Source: Phenylobacterium sp.
Lineage (GTDB): Bacteria; Pseudomonadota; Alphaproteobacteria; Caulobacterales; Caulobacteraceae
NCBI RefSeq assembly: GCF_030680185.1
Contig: NZ_JAUXVZ010000039.1
Location: forward strand, 3,466 to 67,465
DNA length: 64,000 nt
Direction: 5' to 3'
Part shown: piece after piece, positions 1 through 10,347 of the stretch
How the letters are laid out: each line of letters begins with the position of its first letter
Position numbering within the stretch: the first letter of the stretch is position 1
Program-made: the position numbers and the translations under genes
The notes under the pieces: generated by a model
Seen by the model: only the letters and a program-made list of their open reading frames with translations
Told to the model about the DNA's origin: nothing
Databases searched by the model: none

Positions 1-31
1 GGGGCCCTTTGCGACTGGCGATCTCTCACAC

Positions 32-745
32 CTAACCTCGCCGGGCCGGGATCGTTGCGAGAAAAGCCTCGATCCAGCCGCCGACACGCGAGGCGTCGTT
101 GGGCGCCGCATAACTGGCCACCGCCTGATCAGCCTGCGCATCGTCATAGCGACTGCCCCGGCGCGCCTCGATCAGCGCGCGGGCATAGGCCGGCTCGAAC
201 TCCGGGTGCAGCTGGATGGAGATGGCCGGCTGGTCCTCATAGGCCAGCATGCCGAAGGGCGTGAAATCGCTGGCGGCCACCACCCGGGCGCGGGGCGGGG
301 CCTGGACCACCTGATCCTGATGCGACGCCGCCACGGCGATGGGGGCCGTGCTGTCCATCCAGGGGGCCGGATCCGTCACCTCATAGGTGTGCAGGCCAAC
401 GCCCCACCCCTTGGGCGACTTGATCACCTCCCCGCCGAAGGCCTGGGCCATGATCTGGTGGCCGAAACAGACGCCGACGAGCCCTGCCCGCCCCTTGGCC
501 GCCCGCAGGAAATCGCTGAGGCCCTCGATCCAGGGCAGGGCCTCATAGACCCCTGCCGACGAACCGGTGACCAGATAAGCCTCGCAGACCTCCGGGCTCG
601 CCGGCAATTCCCCGGCCTCGGCGTCAAACACCACATAGTCGTGGGTGTCCGGCCCCAGCAGAGCCTGGAACATGTCGGGATAGCCGCCGAACTGCGTCTC
701 CAGCGGCGCCGGGGGCGCGCCGGTTTTGAGAATGCCGAGCTTCAT
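32..745 (-). CDS. Type 1 glutamine amidotransferase (GMP synthase-like)
   Basis: Start reassigned to MKLGILKTG (ATG at 745); CFGHQ nucleophile motif and QLHPEF His-Glu motif. Confidence 0.88.
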   Translation of the reverse strand: MKLGILKTGAPPAPLETQFGGYPDMFQALLGPDTHDYVVFDAEAGELPASPEVCEAYLVTGSSAGVYEALPWIEGLSDFLRAAKGRAGLVGVCFGHQIMAQAFGGEVIKSPKGWGVGLHTYEVTDPAPWMDSTAPIAVAASHQDQVVQAPPRARVVAASDFTPFGMLAYEDQPAISIQLHPEFEPAYARALIEARRGSRYDDAQADQAVASYAAPNDASRVGGWIEAFLATIPARRG

Positions 746-755
746 GGGGCCGCCC

Positions 756-2006
756 TTAGTAGGCCATGCCCTGGGCGACAGCCTTGAGCTTTTCGATGGC
801 CGAGAACTTGTCGTCGAGGAAGTCGTGGTCGATCCACCAGTCCTCGACCTCCTGCAGCACCTGGCCGACCATCGGCCCCTTGGGCACGCCGGCATGGACC
901 ACCTCGTCCCCGGTCAGGGGGAAGGGTGGCGGAGTCCAGCTGTCGCCCAGCGCCAGCAGGCCGCGCCACTGGGCCGCCGTGGCCGTACGATTGGAGCGCG
1001 CCCAGGCAAGCTTGACCCGGTCGTGGAAGGTCCCGGTCCCCAGGGCATAGACCGCCCGACGGGATTCCCGCGGGCTCATCCAGCTGGTGATGCGAGGCCC
1101 CTGCCCCTTGGCGGCGACCAGGCGATCGCGCTCGGCGTTGGACAGCCGCAGGCGCTCGGCCGCCTGGGCCACGCCGATCTGGTCGGCCGGCAACAGGCAG
1201 GCCAGGCGCAGGATCGGATCGCACTCGAAGAGCATCTCGCTCTCGATCTCCACCAGGGCGTCGAAGTCGTGCAGGTCGGCCACGGCCGGCACGATCACGT
1301 CCAGCACGCCGGCCTCGGCCATCAGCCGCACGCTGGCGCGCGGATCATCGGCGGCCAGCAGCTTGAGCAGTTCCTTGGACACCCGTTCGCCGGGTCGATC
1401 GGTCAGGCTGTCGCGCAGGGCCTGGCAGGCGGCCAGGGCGTCGGGGTCCGGCGCGCCGCGGCCATACCAGGCATGGAAGCGGAAGAAGCGCAGGATGCGC
1501 AGATAGTCCTCGGCGATCCGCGTGCGGGCCTCGCCGACAAACACCACCTGACCGGCGCGGGCCGCCGCCAGACCGCTCCCAAGGGGATCATGGATCGTCC
1601 CGTCGCGCTCGGCATAGAGGGCGTTGAGGGTGAAGTCCCGGCGCTGGGCGTCCTCGGTCCAATCGGTGGTGAAGGCCACCACGGCGCGGCGGCCATCGGT
1701 CTCCACATCCCGGCGCAGGGTGGTGATTTCGAAGGTCTGGCCGTGGGCGAGGGCCGTGATGGTGCCGTGGTCGACGCCGGTGGGAATGGCCTTCAGGCCC
1801 GCTGTCGTCAGCGCGGCGGTGACCTCGTCCGGGGTCAGGGTGGTGGCGATGTCGATATCGCTGACCGGCTGGCCCATGACGGCGTTGCGGACAGCGCCGC
1901 CCACCACCCGGGCGCATCCTGGACCACCGCGGGCCTCCAGGGCGTCGAACACCGCAGCCGTCGGAGCAGCGCTCAACCAGGGGCGTGGACCAAGGCTCTC
2001 GCTCAT
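756..2006 (-). CDS. cca: CCA tRNA nucleotidyltransferase
   Basis: GGAVRN, DIDIA, RRDFTLNAL and EDYLRILRFFRF motifs; start MSESLGP at 2006. Confidence 0.92.
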   Translation of the reverse strand: MSESLGPRPWLSAAPTAAVFDALEARGGPGCARVVGGAVRNAVMGQPVSDIDIATTLTPDEVTAALTTAGLKAIPTGVDHGTITALAHGQTFEITTLRRDVETDGRRAVVAFTTDWTEDAQRRDFTLNALYAERDGTIHDPLGSGLAAARAGQVVFVGEARTRIAEDYLRILRFFRFHAWYGRGAPDPDALAACQALRDSLTDRPGERVSKELLKLLAADDPRASVRLMAEAGVLDVIVPAVADLHDFDALVEIESEMLFECDPILRLACLLPADQIGVAQAAERLRLSNAERDRLVAAKGQGPRITSWMSPRESRRAVYALGTGTFHDRVKLAWARSNRTATAAQWRGLLALGDSWTPPPFPLTGDEVVHAGVPKGPMVGQVLQEVEDWWIDHDFLDDKFSAIEKLKAVAQGMAY

Positions 2007-2293
2007 GGGGCCGGCGTTTCCTTTTCCTCGAAGCGGCCTGGGGCGACCCGGCCGCCTTCTGTGACTTCCGCGGGCACATAGACCTCGCCGCGGTTGTCCG
2101 ATTGGAACACGACCATGAACAGCAGCGAAAGGCCAAACAGCACCGCCGAGGCCGTGGCGAGCCAGGCCCAGGGCGTCGCGCCCATCGGTCGGCCGGTGCG
2201 CTTGGCGTATTCGGCCCAGACAAACCACACCACGAAGGGCAGTGCGATCAGCACCGAACGGAGGAGAAAGACCCTAAGCAACCGCGCCTCCAT
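2003..2293 (-). CDS. Small membrane protein (DUF6111-like)
   Basis: Two hydrophobic segments and a C-terminal YVPAEVTEGGRVAPG; overlaps neighbours in operon fashion. Confidence 0.7.
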   Translation of the reverse strand: MEARLLRVFLLRSVLIALPFVVWFVWAEYAKRTGRPMGATPWAWLATASAVLFGLSLLFMVVFQSDNRGEVYVPAEVTEGGRVAPGRFEEKETPAP

Positions 2294-2918
2294 ACAGCCG
2301 ATCATAGAGCGACCGGAGCATTCCGGCCGTCGCGCCCCAGATGAACCTGTTCTCGTGCGTCATGGCGTAGAAACGTCGCAGCTGGCCAGAAAACTCCCGC
2401 TCATGTTCCTCGTGGTTGGCGGGATCCATGAGAAATCCGAAGGGCGTCTCGAACACATCGGCCACCTCGGCCGGGTTGGGGGCCAGGGTGAAATGGGGCT
2501 CGATAAAGCCCACCACCGGGGTCACCAGGAAGCCAGTGCCGGTCCGATAGGGGGTCGAGAGCCCGCCCAGGGTGACCAGGGTGCGGGGGATGCCGACCTC
2601 TTCCTCGGTCTCGCGGAGCGCCGTCTCCCAGACCGTCTCGCCCGGATCGCGGCGCCCGCCGGGAAAGGCGATCTGGCCGGTATGGCGGCGCAGGGTGTCG
2701 GCCCGCCGGGTCAGCAGCACCGAATAGCCGTGCTCGCGCTCGATCAGGCCCACCAGCACCGAGGCAGGCGTCAGGGGTTCGGGCTCATCGGCCAGGTCGG
2801 CTGAGCGGGGTTCGAAGTCCGAGGCCACCACGCCGTCCACGGGGTCGTGGTCTTCCAGGGGATCAAGTCGCTGGGTGATCCATTCGCGCAGCGCCCCGGC
2901 GGGCGAACTGGGACTCAC
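2274..2918 (-). CDS. CoA pyrophosphatase (Nudix hydrolase)
   Basis: HTGQIAFPGG, Nudix box ALRETEEEVG, IWGATA. Confidence 0.92.
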   Translation of the reverse strand: MSPSSPAGALREWITQRLDPLEDHDPVDGVVASDFEPRSADLADEPEPLTPASVLVGLIEREHGYSVLLTRRADTLRRHTGQIAFPGGRRDPGETVWETALRETEEEVGIPRTLVTLGGLSTPYRTGTGFLVTPVVGFIEPHFTLAPNPAEVADVFETPFGFLMDPANHEEHEREFSGQLRRFYAMTHENRFIWGATAGMLRSLYDRLYGGAVA

Positions 2919-3490
2919 GAGACCGGCGCCTCCGAGCGGCCGAGGGGAAACCAGACGCCGGCCGACTCCACGCCCAGCACGCCGTCCCGCTCCTGGGCCA
3001 TCTCGACCAGTTCATAGAAGACCGGGCGGCTGATCAGGGCCTCGAGACCGCGGCGCACATGCAGATAGGGGCGCGGCTCCTGGGTGGTCGGGTCGATCTC
3101 GACCCGGAGGGCGTTGTCGGGGCCGGCTTCGACCACATCGCCGACATTGGTGCTGAAGCTGAGCACCGGCGCGCCGTCCATCTGGGCGACATCCAGGGCG
3201 TTGGCGATGAACGGCGCATCCTCCACCGTGATCTTCATCTTCTCCACCGGCGTCACCAGCCAGTAGCCGTCAGGGTCCTTGCGCAGGACGGTGGAGAACA
3301 GGCGCACCAGGGGCGCCCGGTTGATCGTCGCGCCCTCATGAATCCAGCGGCCATCGGCCTTGATGACGATGTCGATTTCGCCGGAATGGGCCGGATTCCA
3401 CAGGTGAACGGGGGGCAGGCCGCGGCCCGGCGCCTGCTTGGCCGCCGCGATCACCCCATCAAGGCCAGCCTTGGAGTCGAGCTCTGTCAT
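2915..3490 (-). CDS. DUF1285 domain protein
   Basis: LPPVHLWNP, IKADGRWIHEG, LVTPVEKMKITVEDAPF, RPYLHVRRGLEALISRPVFYEL. Confidence 0.85.
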   Translation of the reverse strand: MTELDSKAGLDGVIAAAKQAPGRGLPPVHLWNPAHSGEIDIVIKADGRWIHEGATINRAPLVRLFSTVLRKDPDGYWLVTPVEKMKITVEDAPFIANALDVAQMDGAPVLSFSTNVGDVVEAGPDNALRVEIDPTTQEPRPYLHVRRGLEALISRPVFYELVEMAQERDGVLGVESAGVWFPLGRSEAPVS

Positions 3491-3521
3491 GGCTCAAAGG
3501 TAGGCGTGCGCGAGGTGCGCC

Positions 3522-4058
3522 TCAAGGCGCCGTAACGGCGCCCTGCAGCGGGGCCTGATCGCCGTTATCGCCCCGCAGGCGCTTGAGCAGCAGCCGGCGG
3601 GGATCGACTGGCCCTGGCATCACCACGCCGGCCGTAGGTTCGGCCGAAAAGCCCAGCCGGCCGAAGAAGGGCGGATCGCCCACCAGCAGCACCTCGGAAA
3701 AGCCTGCGGCGGCGGCGGCCGCACACGCGACCTCCACCAGCCGGGCGCCGGCCCCGAGGCGCCGCGCCGCGGCGTCCACAGCCAGCGGCCCCAGGAAGAT
3801 CAGCCGGCGGCCGCCGACGGCGATCTCGGACTGGCGCACCACGCCTACGAGGCGCGCGCCCTCCCAGGCGCAGAAGGACAGGTCGGTTCGCAGGGGGGCG
3901 ATCTCTCGCACCCGCTCCGACGCCTTCACAAAGCGGCCAGGACCAAAGGCGTGATCCAGCAGGGCATCGATGGCGGGGCCATCTGCGGGGGTTTCGGCGC
4001 GAATATCGGGGGCGGGACTCGGGACGGAGTCCGCAAGGGGAACGAAGGCGGCGGTCAT
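3522..4058 (-). CDS. GNAT N-acetyltransferase (YhbS-like)
   Basis: LGPLAVD...RRLGAGARLV acetyl-CoA motif, LLVGDPPFFGRLGF; start MTAAFVP at 4058. Confidence 0.85.
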   Translation of the reverse strand: MTAAFVPLADSVPSPAPDIRAETPADGPAIDALLDHAFGPGRFVKASERVREIAPLRTDLSFCAWEGARLVGVVRQSEIAVGGRRLIFLGPLAVDAAARRLGAGARLVEVACAAAAAAGFSEVLLVGDPPFFGRLGFSAEPTAGVVMPGPVDPRRLLLKRLRGDNGDQAPLQGAVTAP

Positions 4059-4312
4059 GGGCGAACTTTGCGGCGAACTTTGCAGGCTGCGAGACAGACG
4101 AACCCGGCCCGCAGCATCGGCGGCGCCAGGCGGCTCTAGAGGACGCGGATCTCGCGCCCGGTTCGTCGCAGCGCACGCATGGCGCCCCTCGCGGTCAGCC
4201 CTGGCGATCATGTCGCCGGAAGCGCGCCCGATAAGGCCCCTGCGCCCCAAGGTCAATCGAAACCGAATCGGCCGTTGCGAGGGGCCCGCGCTCAGGTCAA
4301 GTTGCGCCGCCC

Positions 4313-5581
4313 ATGTCCCAGTCCCCTCCCGAGTCGCCGGCGTCAGACCCCCTCCCCTCCGCCCGCGCTCTGCTGAGCCAGCGGAGCTATCTGCTGTTCT
4401 GGGGCTCGCGCTGGGCCAGTTCGATCGGCGTGCAGGTCCAGAGCGTGGCGCTTGGCTGGCAGATCTACGAGCTGGCGCGGCGGACCATGAGCGTCGCCGA
4501 GGCCGCCTTCGTGGTCGGCATGGTGGGCCTGGTGACCTTCATTCCGGTCTTCCTGCTGACCCTGCCGGCCGGCGAGGCCGTGGACCGCTATGACCGGCGC
4601 AAGATCCTACTGGCCTGCTACGCCGTCGAGATGACCAGCGCGGGCATCCTGGCCGTCGCCACCTGGCGGGACGTCGCCTCGGTGCCGCTGCTGCTGTGCG
4701 TGGCCGCCGTGTTCGGCGCGGGACGGGCCTTCATGTCGCCGGCCGGCACGGCGCTCGGCCCCATGCTGGTGCCCCGCAGCCTGCTGCCCCGGGCCATCGC
4801 CTGGAATTCACTGGCCTGGCAGACCGCCGCCATTGCAGGCCCGGCCATCGGCGGCCTGCTGCTGGCCCGCTCGACGGCGCTGGCCTACGAGACCGCCTTC
4901 TGCCTCTACGTCGCCGGCGCGACCCTCACCTTCTTCATCAACGGCCGCACCAAGCCCGACCTGCAGCCGGGCTCGCGCCTCGCCCTGATCAAGGAGGGTC
5001 TGGTCTATGTGTGGCGCCAGAAGATCGTCTTCGGCGCCATATCGCTGGACCTGTTCGCCGTGCTGCTGGGCGGGGCCACGGCCCTGCTGCCGGTCTTCGC
5101 CCGCGACATCCTGCATGTGGGCGAGGAGGGCTTTGGCCTGTTGCGCGCCGCGCCGGCCATGGGGGCGACGCTCATCGCCCTGGTGCTGGCGGCCCGCCCC
5201 ATTCGCTCCAATGCGGGGGTCACCATGTTCGCCGGGGTCGCGGTCTTTGGCCTGGCGACCATCGTCTTTGGGATCTCGCGCTCGCTCTGGCTGTCGGTGG
5301 CGGCGCTGGCCATCCTGGGCGGCGCCGACATGCTCAGCGTCTATGTGCGCCAGACCCTGATCCAGCTGGTCATTCCCGACAATATGCGCGGCCGGGTGGC
5401 GGCGGTTTCAACCCTGTTCATCGGCGCGTCCAACGAACTGGGCGAGTTCCGCGCCGGGGTCTTCGCCCGTTTCATGGGGGTGGTGGCGGCCGCCGTGGTC
5501 GGCGGCGTGGGCACGTTGATCGTCACCGGCCTTTGGGCCAAGTTCTTTCCCGACTTGCGCAAGGCTGACCGCCTCGAATAA
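4313..5581 (+). CDS. MFS transporter (EntS/DHA3-like)
   Basis: About 12 hydrophobic segments; GEAVDRYDRRKI motif A; SLDLFAVLLGGATALLP; PDNMRGRV. Confidence 0.88.
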   Translation: MSQSPPESPASDPLPSARALLSQRSYLLFWGSRWASSIGVQVQSVALGWQIYELARRTMSVAEAAFVVGMVGLVTFIPVFLLTLPAGEAVDRYDRRKILLACYAVEMTSAGILAVATWRDVASVPLLLCVAAVFGAGRAFMSPAGTALGPMLVPRSLLPRAIAWNSLAWQTAAIAGPAIGGLLLARSTALAYETAFCLYVAGATLTFFINGRTKPDLQPGSRLALIKEGLVYVWRQKIVFGAISLDLFAVLLGGATALLPVFARDILHVGEEGFGLLRAAPAMGATLIALVLAARPIRSNAGVTMFAGVAVFGLATIVFGISRSLWLSVAALAILGGADMLSVYVRQTLIQLVIPDNMRGRVAAVSTLFIGASNELGEFRAGVFARFMGVVAAAVVGGVGTLIVTGLWAKFFPDLRKADRLE

Positions 5582-5616
5582 CAATTCGCGCAATATTCTT
5601 TTAGGGAGATAGATCT

Positions 5617-6549
5617 ATGGGCGTATTAGACGGCAAGGTTGTCCTCGTCACCGGGGGCGGCAACGGCATTGGACGTGAGTGCGCGCTGATCGCCGCGCAG
5701 CAGGGCGCCAAGGTTCTGGTCAATGACCTGGGCGGCGGCCTGAAGGGCGAAGACGAGGGTTCAGCGGGCCCGGCCGAGCAGGTCGCCCAGGAAATCCGCG
5801 CCGCCGGCGGCGAAGCGGCCTCCAACTCGGAAAGCGTGACCAGCTACAAGGCGGTCGAAGGCATGGTCGAACAGGCCATGGACACCTTTGGCGGCCTGCA
5901 TGCGGTGATCAATCCGGCCGGCATCCTGCGTGACGTGATGTTCCACAAGATGTCGGAAGACGACTGGGACAAGGTCATCGACGTGCACATGCGCGGCTCG
6001 TTCAACGTGGCCCGCGCCACCATCGAGCTGTTCCGCAACCAGAACGACGGCGCCTACATGTTCTTCACCTCGACCTCGGGGCTGTTGGGCAATATCGGCC
6101 AGGCCAATTACGGCGCGGCCAAGATGGGCATCGCTGGCCTGTCGCGGATCATCGCCATGGAGGGCGAGCGCAATAACGTCCGCTCCAACTGCCTGGCCCC
6201 CGTCGCCTGGACCCGCATGACCCAGTCGGTCCCGGTGAAGGACGAAGCCGCCGCCAAGCGCCGCGAGGCCATGGCCGCCGCCATCCGTCCCGACCAGCCG
6301 GCCCGCCTGTCGGTGGCCCTGGTGTCGCCGGCCGCCGCCCACGTCTCGGGCCAGGTGTTCGGCGCCTCGGGTGAGAACATCATCCTCTACTCGCAGCCGC
6401 GTCCGATCTCGACCCAGACCAAGGAAGAGGGCTGGAGCGTCGACACCATCCTCTCGGAAGCCGTCCCGGCCATGAGCGAGAAGTTCTTCCCGCTGTCGCG
6501 CGGCCCCCTGGCCAGCCAGGGCGCCGCCCCGGCCAAGCAGGGCGCCTAA
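5617..6549 (+). CDS. SDR family oxidoreductase (hydroxyacyl-CoA dehydrogenase-like)
   Basis: TGGGNGIG, NPAGILRD, GQANYGAAKMG. Confidence 0.9.
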   Translation: MGVLDGKVVLVTGGGNGIGRECALIAAQQGAKVLVNDLGGGLKGEDEGSAGPAEQVAQEIRAAGGEAASNSESVTSYKAVEGMVEQAMDTFGGLHAVINPAGILRDVMFHKMSEDDWDKVIDVHMRGSFNVARATIELFRNQNDGAYMFFTSTSGLLGNIGQANYGAAKMGIAGLSRIIAMEGERNNVRSNCLAPVAWTRMTQSVPVKDEAAAKRREAMAAAIRPDQPARLSVALVSPAAAHVSGQVFGASGENIILYSQPRPISTQTKEEGWSVDTILSEAVPAMSEKFFPLSRGPLASQGAAPAKQGA

Positions 6550-6580
6550 GCCCTAAAGGGTCGATCAGACCGCAACGACG

Positions 6581-6612
6581 AGGCCCCGGCTCACGATGAG
6601 CCGGGGCCTTTT
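6581..6612 (+). terminator. Rho-independent terminator
   Basis: AGGCCCCGGCTCA-CGA-TGAGCCGGGGCCT stem followed by TTTT. Confidence 0.85.
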
Positions 6613-6693
6613 CTGTTGGGCTTCGAGGCGCCGCGCGGCGAGGTCAGGCGTGTGCTCACGCTCAACCGAACGCCAGCAGGGCGTCGCCTGCGA

Positions 6694-7482
6694 TCAGACG
6701 GTCGGGATGGTCCCACCGTCAACGACGAGCTCAGCGCCATGGATCGAGGAGGCGCGGTCCGAGGCGAGGAAGGCGATGGCTTCGGCGACTTCGAGGGGTT
6801 CGGCGCCCCGACCGATCGGAATGCCGCCGAGGCCTTTCAGGACGAGCTGACGCGCGTCCTCCAGCGTGCCGCCGTTGGCCTCCTGCAGACGCTGCAGGAA
6901 CACATCGGCCCCATCGGTCATGATCCAGCCGGGGGAGACGGAGTTGACCCGAACGCCTTTCGGACCCAGCTCCTTGGAGATCGACTTGCTGTAGGTCCGA
7001 AGCGCCGCCTTGGCGGCGGCGTAGGCCGTGGTCGCATCCGGGAGAGGCAGGACCGACTGGATGGACGTGACATGCACCACCGCGCCAGCGCCCCGCTCGA
7101 CCATCTGCGGGATCAGGAGGCGGTCAAGGCGAACCGCGGCGAGAAGGTTGAGGTTCAGCTCGGACAGCCAATAGTCGTCCGTCAGCATGCCGAAGCCGCC
7201 CCCTGGCGTCGTCGAGCCGCCGAGGACGTGAGCCAGAATATCCACGCCGCCCAGACGGTCGATCGCCGCCTTCGCCAGGGCTTGCCCGCCCTCGGCCGTC
7301 GTCAGATCGGCCTGGACGAACTCGACGCCGTCGATGGGCTCTTGGGCTGCGCGGGCGGAGGTGATCACGCGGGCGCCGCCGGCCAGGAACCGGTCGACGG
7401 TGGCGCGGCCAAGGCCTTTGGTGCCGCCGCTGACGAGCACGCGCTTGCCGGCGAACTCGGTCGGGTCAGGCTTGCGATTCAT
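6694..7482 (-). CDS. SDR family oxidoreductase
   Basis: SGGTKGLG, YAAAKAA, VRVNSVSPG, VDGG. Confidence 0.9.
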   Translation of the reverse strand: MNRKPDPTEFAGKRVLVSGGTKGLGRATVDRFLAGGARVITSARAAQEPIDGVEFVQADLTTAEGGQALAKAAIDRLGGVDILAHVLGGSTTPGGGFGMLTDDYWLSELNLNLLAAVRLDRLLIPQMVERGAGAVVHVTSIQSVLPLPDATTAYAAAKAALRTYSKSISKELGPKGVRVNSVSPGWIMTDGADVFLQRLQEANGGTLEDARQLVLKGLGGIPIGRGAEPLEVAEAIAFLASDRASSIHGAELVVDGGTIPTV

Positions 7483-7808
7483 CCCGTGACCTCCAGCGTC
7501 TTGATCGCGTCGCCTTCGAGGGTGAAGCGATAGATGAAACGGATCGGGCTGCCCGGAAAGTCGCCGTGGGCGGGGCCTTCGACGATCACCTCAGCGCCCT
7601 CGCGCCGGAGGGAGTCGGGCGTGAAGATCGCCTTCACGGGAACCACTTCCTTCTCCAGCAGCCCTCGGATTTCCGAGCGCCCCTGAAAGACGGCGCCGTT
7701 GTCACGAAAGACGGCGTCCGGCGCGAAGGTCTGAAGCATGGCCTCGATGTCGAGGCGGGCGTTGGCGGCCACATAGGCGGCGATGGAGGGGGGAAGGTCT
7801 AGCGACAT
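7479..7808 (-). CDS. SnoaL-like / NTF2-family protein
   Basis: FAPDAVFRD...GRSEI, GDFPGSPIRFIYRFTL; 4-nt overlap with the SDR gene. Confidence 0.82.
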   Translation of the reverse strand: MSLDLPPSIAAYVAANARLDIEAMLQTFAPDAVFRDNGAVFQGRSEIRGLLEKEVVPVKAIFTPDSLRREGAEVIVEGPAHGDFPGSPIRFIYRFTLEGDAIKTLEVTG

Positions 7809-7923
7809 GGACTTGTCCTGCTTGCTGCGCAGCCGTCAGCTACGGTCACCAATGAAGGTAGCGATAGACAGACCACGCGATAATCGGGACATTTGAGGAC
7901 GCTCCATCACGAGATTCGGGACA

Positions 7924-8826
7924 ATGTTCACTGGACTGACTGAGCTGGACGCCGTCCTGATGGTCGCCCGGCGGGGCAAGTTTCGCGCGGCGGCGCTTGA
8001 ACTGGGCATGTCGACCACGGCGCTCAGCAACGCAGTGGGAAAGCTGGAGCGCCAGCTTGGCGTACGGCTCTTCAATCGAACGACGCGCAGCGTTTCGCTG
8101 ACAGAGGCGGGCGAGCGGTTCATCGCGAAGGTGGCGCCGGCCATCGGCGAAATTCATGAGGCGATGAGCATCGCCCGCTCCCAGCAGGCCACGCCTGCGG
8201 GCGTTTTGCGGATCAACGCCTTTCCAACGGCGGCGCGCGAGATCTTCCCGTGGCTCGTCCTGCCGTTCTTGCGCGCCTATCCCCAGGTTCAGATCGACAT
8301 CGTCACAGAGAGTCGACTGGTCGACATCGTCGCAGGCGGGTTCGACTTCGGCGTCCGCAGCGCCGACCTCGTGCCGATCGACATGATCGCCCTGCCTCTG
8401 GGCGTGGCGCGACGCAACGTCGTGGTTGGCGCGCCGGAATATCTGAAGGCGCATGGGACGCCCGTGACGCCCGAGGACCTCGCACACCATGTGTGTTTCC
8501 GCGTTCGCCTTCCCAATGGCGCGATCTATCGCTGGCCCTTCGAGAAGGCGGGGCGTTCGGCGCACATCGACGTCGAAGGCGTGCTGACGCTCGACGAGGC
8601 AAGCCTTGCACGGGCCGCCGCGCTCGCGTCGGTCGGTCTCACCCTGGCGATGGAGTCCGATGTGCGTGACGACATCGAAGCAGGTCGGCTTGTGTGCGTG
8701 CTTGAGGACTGGACCCCCAAACTCGCGCCTCTCAGTCTTTACTACCCCAACCGGCGCAACCCCAGCGCCGCATTCAAGGCGTTCATCGACTTCGCGCGTC
8801 AGCATTATGAAACCGCCAGCGCCTGA
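7924..8826 (+). CDS. LysR family transcriptional regulator
   Basis: [34 protein letters not shown]; divergent from SnoaL-SDR. Confidence 0.93.
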   Translation: MFTGLTELDAVLMVARRGKFRAAALELGMSTTALSNAVGKLERQLGVRLFNRTTRSVSLTEAGERFIAKVAPAIGEIHEAMSIARSQQATPAGVLRINAFPTAAREIFPWLVLPFLRAYPQVQIDIVTESRLVDIVAGGFDFGVRSADLVPIDMIALPLGVARRNVVVGAPEYLKAHGTPVTPEDLAHHVCFRVRLPNGAIYRWPFEKAGRSAHIDVEGVLTLDEASLARAAALASVGLTLAMESDVRDDIEAGRLVCVLEDWTPKLAPLSLYYPNRRNPSAAFKAFIDFARQHYETASA

Positions 8827-8849
8827 GGGCGTCGGCGGGTCGGCCGACC

Positions 8850-9710
8850 TCAATAGAGGGGCTCAGTCTCCCATCCGGTGAAGCTCAGCATGACCAGGCC
8901 CAAGGCGCGCACGCTTCCCTGGTCCGGCGTCCAGCGCTCGACATAGCGATAGCGTCCTCGGTCCACGCCCTCGAAAATCCACTGCGCCCCGTCGTACCCC
9001 CACCGGCAGGACACCGCCTTGAGCCGCAGGCCGTTCGCAGCCGACAGGGCTCTGCGGAACTGGTGCGCCTCGTCCTGACTCAAGTCCTTGCTGATCCGCG
9101 CCTCAATCGAGCCCGGTACGTAGCCTCCCATGCCCGAAAGACGAGAAGCCGTCATGAGCAAGGCGCCGCTCTTAGCCCGCTCGATGCGTATTATGATGGG
9201 CTTTTCGAATGATCTGAGCCAGGTGAACCGATAAACGTCCCGCCTGGGCGTCCCTTGTTTCACCGCCTCCAGCAACGACGGCTCACCGGCCGCCGCCAGA
9301 TGGCGAGAATACCAGGCCACTTCCCAGTCATCCAAGACAGGCGCATTCCCGTTCTCTCTACAGGTATAGGTCGTTCGCATGAGCGAAGCGGGAAAGTAGC
9401 CTAGGGCCGCGTTTGCCCGTTCAGGGACCTTCGTCTTCGATGGCTCGGCATAGCCTGCGGCCGGTGGGCCAGGGATGTGCTGCAGGGGGAAGGCATGTTT
9501 CCCCGCCACGGCGGACGCCCCGACCCCGAAGGCGACAGAAAGCAAAAACACCGCCAGGAGGACCACGTAGCTGACCGGCCGCGTCGCCCGGCTCACCCCG
9601 ATGAGCGGGCCGATCAGGGCGAAGCGGCCTGTGACCAGGGCGTAGATCCACGCGGCGGCTAGGGCTGCCGTGAGGCCGACGACCGAGAGGAACATCACAA
9701 GCTGAGCCAT
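8850..9710 (-). CDS. Hypothetical membrane-anchored protein
   Basis: Two N-terminal TM segments and a soluble domain (YRFTWLRSF, DGAQWIFEG, RYVERWTP); atypical codon usage. Confidence 0.65.
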   Translation of the reverse strand: MAQLVMFLSVVGLTAALAAAWIYALVTGRFALIGPLIGVSRATRPVSYVVLLAVFLLSVAFGVGASAVAGKHAFPLQHIPGPPAAGYAEPSKTKVPERANAALGYFPASLMRTTYTCRENGNAPVLDDWEVAWYSRHLAAAGEPSLLEAVKQGTPRRDVYRFTWLRSFEKPIIIRIERAKSGALLMTASRLSGMGGYVPGSIEARISKDLSQDEAHQFRRALSAANGLRLKAVSCRWGYDGAQWIFEGVDRGRYRYVERWTPDQGSVRALGLVMLSFTGWETEPLY

Positions 9711-9785
9711 TGGGCTCAACTTACTGGACCCGCGAGCTCCTGCAACGCGGTGTGTGGAGTTCGCGCCCTTAGCCAGGCCGCTGGC

Positions 9786-10208
9786 TCAGGCCTTGTTGAT
9801 CTGGTCGCGGAGGGCCTGGATCTGCTTGTTCAGCGCCTCCAGATCCTGCCCGGACATCCTGGACCGCTCGATCAGACTGTCGCCGAGGCAGTCGGACCTT
9901 TCGAGGAGCGCCTGGCCCTCGGGAGTCAAGTTCACCTCCACCCGTCGTTCGTCATCGAGACTGCGCGTCCGGGTCACCAGGCCCGCCGCTTCGAGGCGCT
10001 TCACCAGGGGCGTCACCGTGCTGGATTCCAGATCCAGGCGCGCGGCCACGCCGCCAATGGTCAGGCCGCCCGCCTCCCCCAGCACGCTCAGCACGAGGTA
10101 CTGCGGGTAGGTCAGCCCCAACTCGTCGAGCAGGGGCTTGTAGGCCCGGGTGACCGCCATGCTGGTGGCGTACAATGTGAAGCAAATCTGTTGGTCCAAT
10201 GGGCGCAC
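9786..10208 (-). CDS. MarR family regulator (OhrR-like)
   Basis: GTG start at 10208 after GAGGAG; LDQQICFTLY, LTYPQYLVLSVL, DERRVEV. Confidence 0.9.
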   Translation of the reverse strand: MRPLDQQICFTLYATSMAVTRAYKPLLDELGLTYPQYLVLSVLGEAGGLTIGGVAARLDLESSTVTPLVKRLEAAGLVTRTRSLDDERRVEVNLTPEGQALLERSDCLGDSLIERSRMSGQDLEALNKQIQALRDQINKA

Positions 10209-10252
10209 GCCGCCTCTCCTCTGTCGCAAAACCTTCTTATCACAAAAATAGA

Positions 10253-10317
10253 TATCGCGATAAGAAATATCTGGACATCGCGAAATGGCGCAGCCAGAGG
10301 TTTTGTTATCGCGATAA
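10253..10317. promoter_or_regulatory. Repeated palindromic operator (TATCGCGATA) between MarR and hydrolase genes
   Basis: TATCGCGATA at 10253-10262, TTATCGCGATAA at 10306-10317, degenerate CATCGCGAAA between them. Confidence 0.7.
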
Positions 10318-10347
10318 ACGTTGTCGCAAACACCAATGGAGATGACC

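Noticed and set aside
6661-6693. Minus-strand AGDALLAFG* resembling the C-terminus of the 11.3 kb hydrolase (ADLLAFFKS*)
   Set aside because: Only about 9 codons; compatible with chance, so no pseudogene call.
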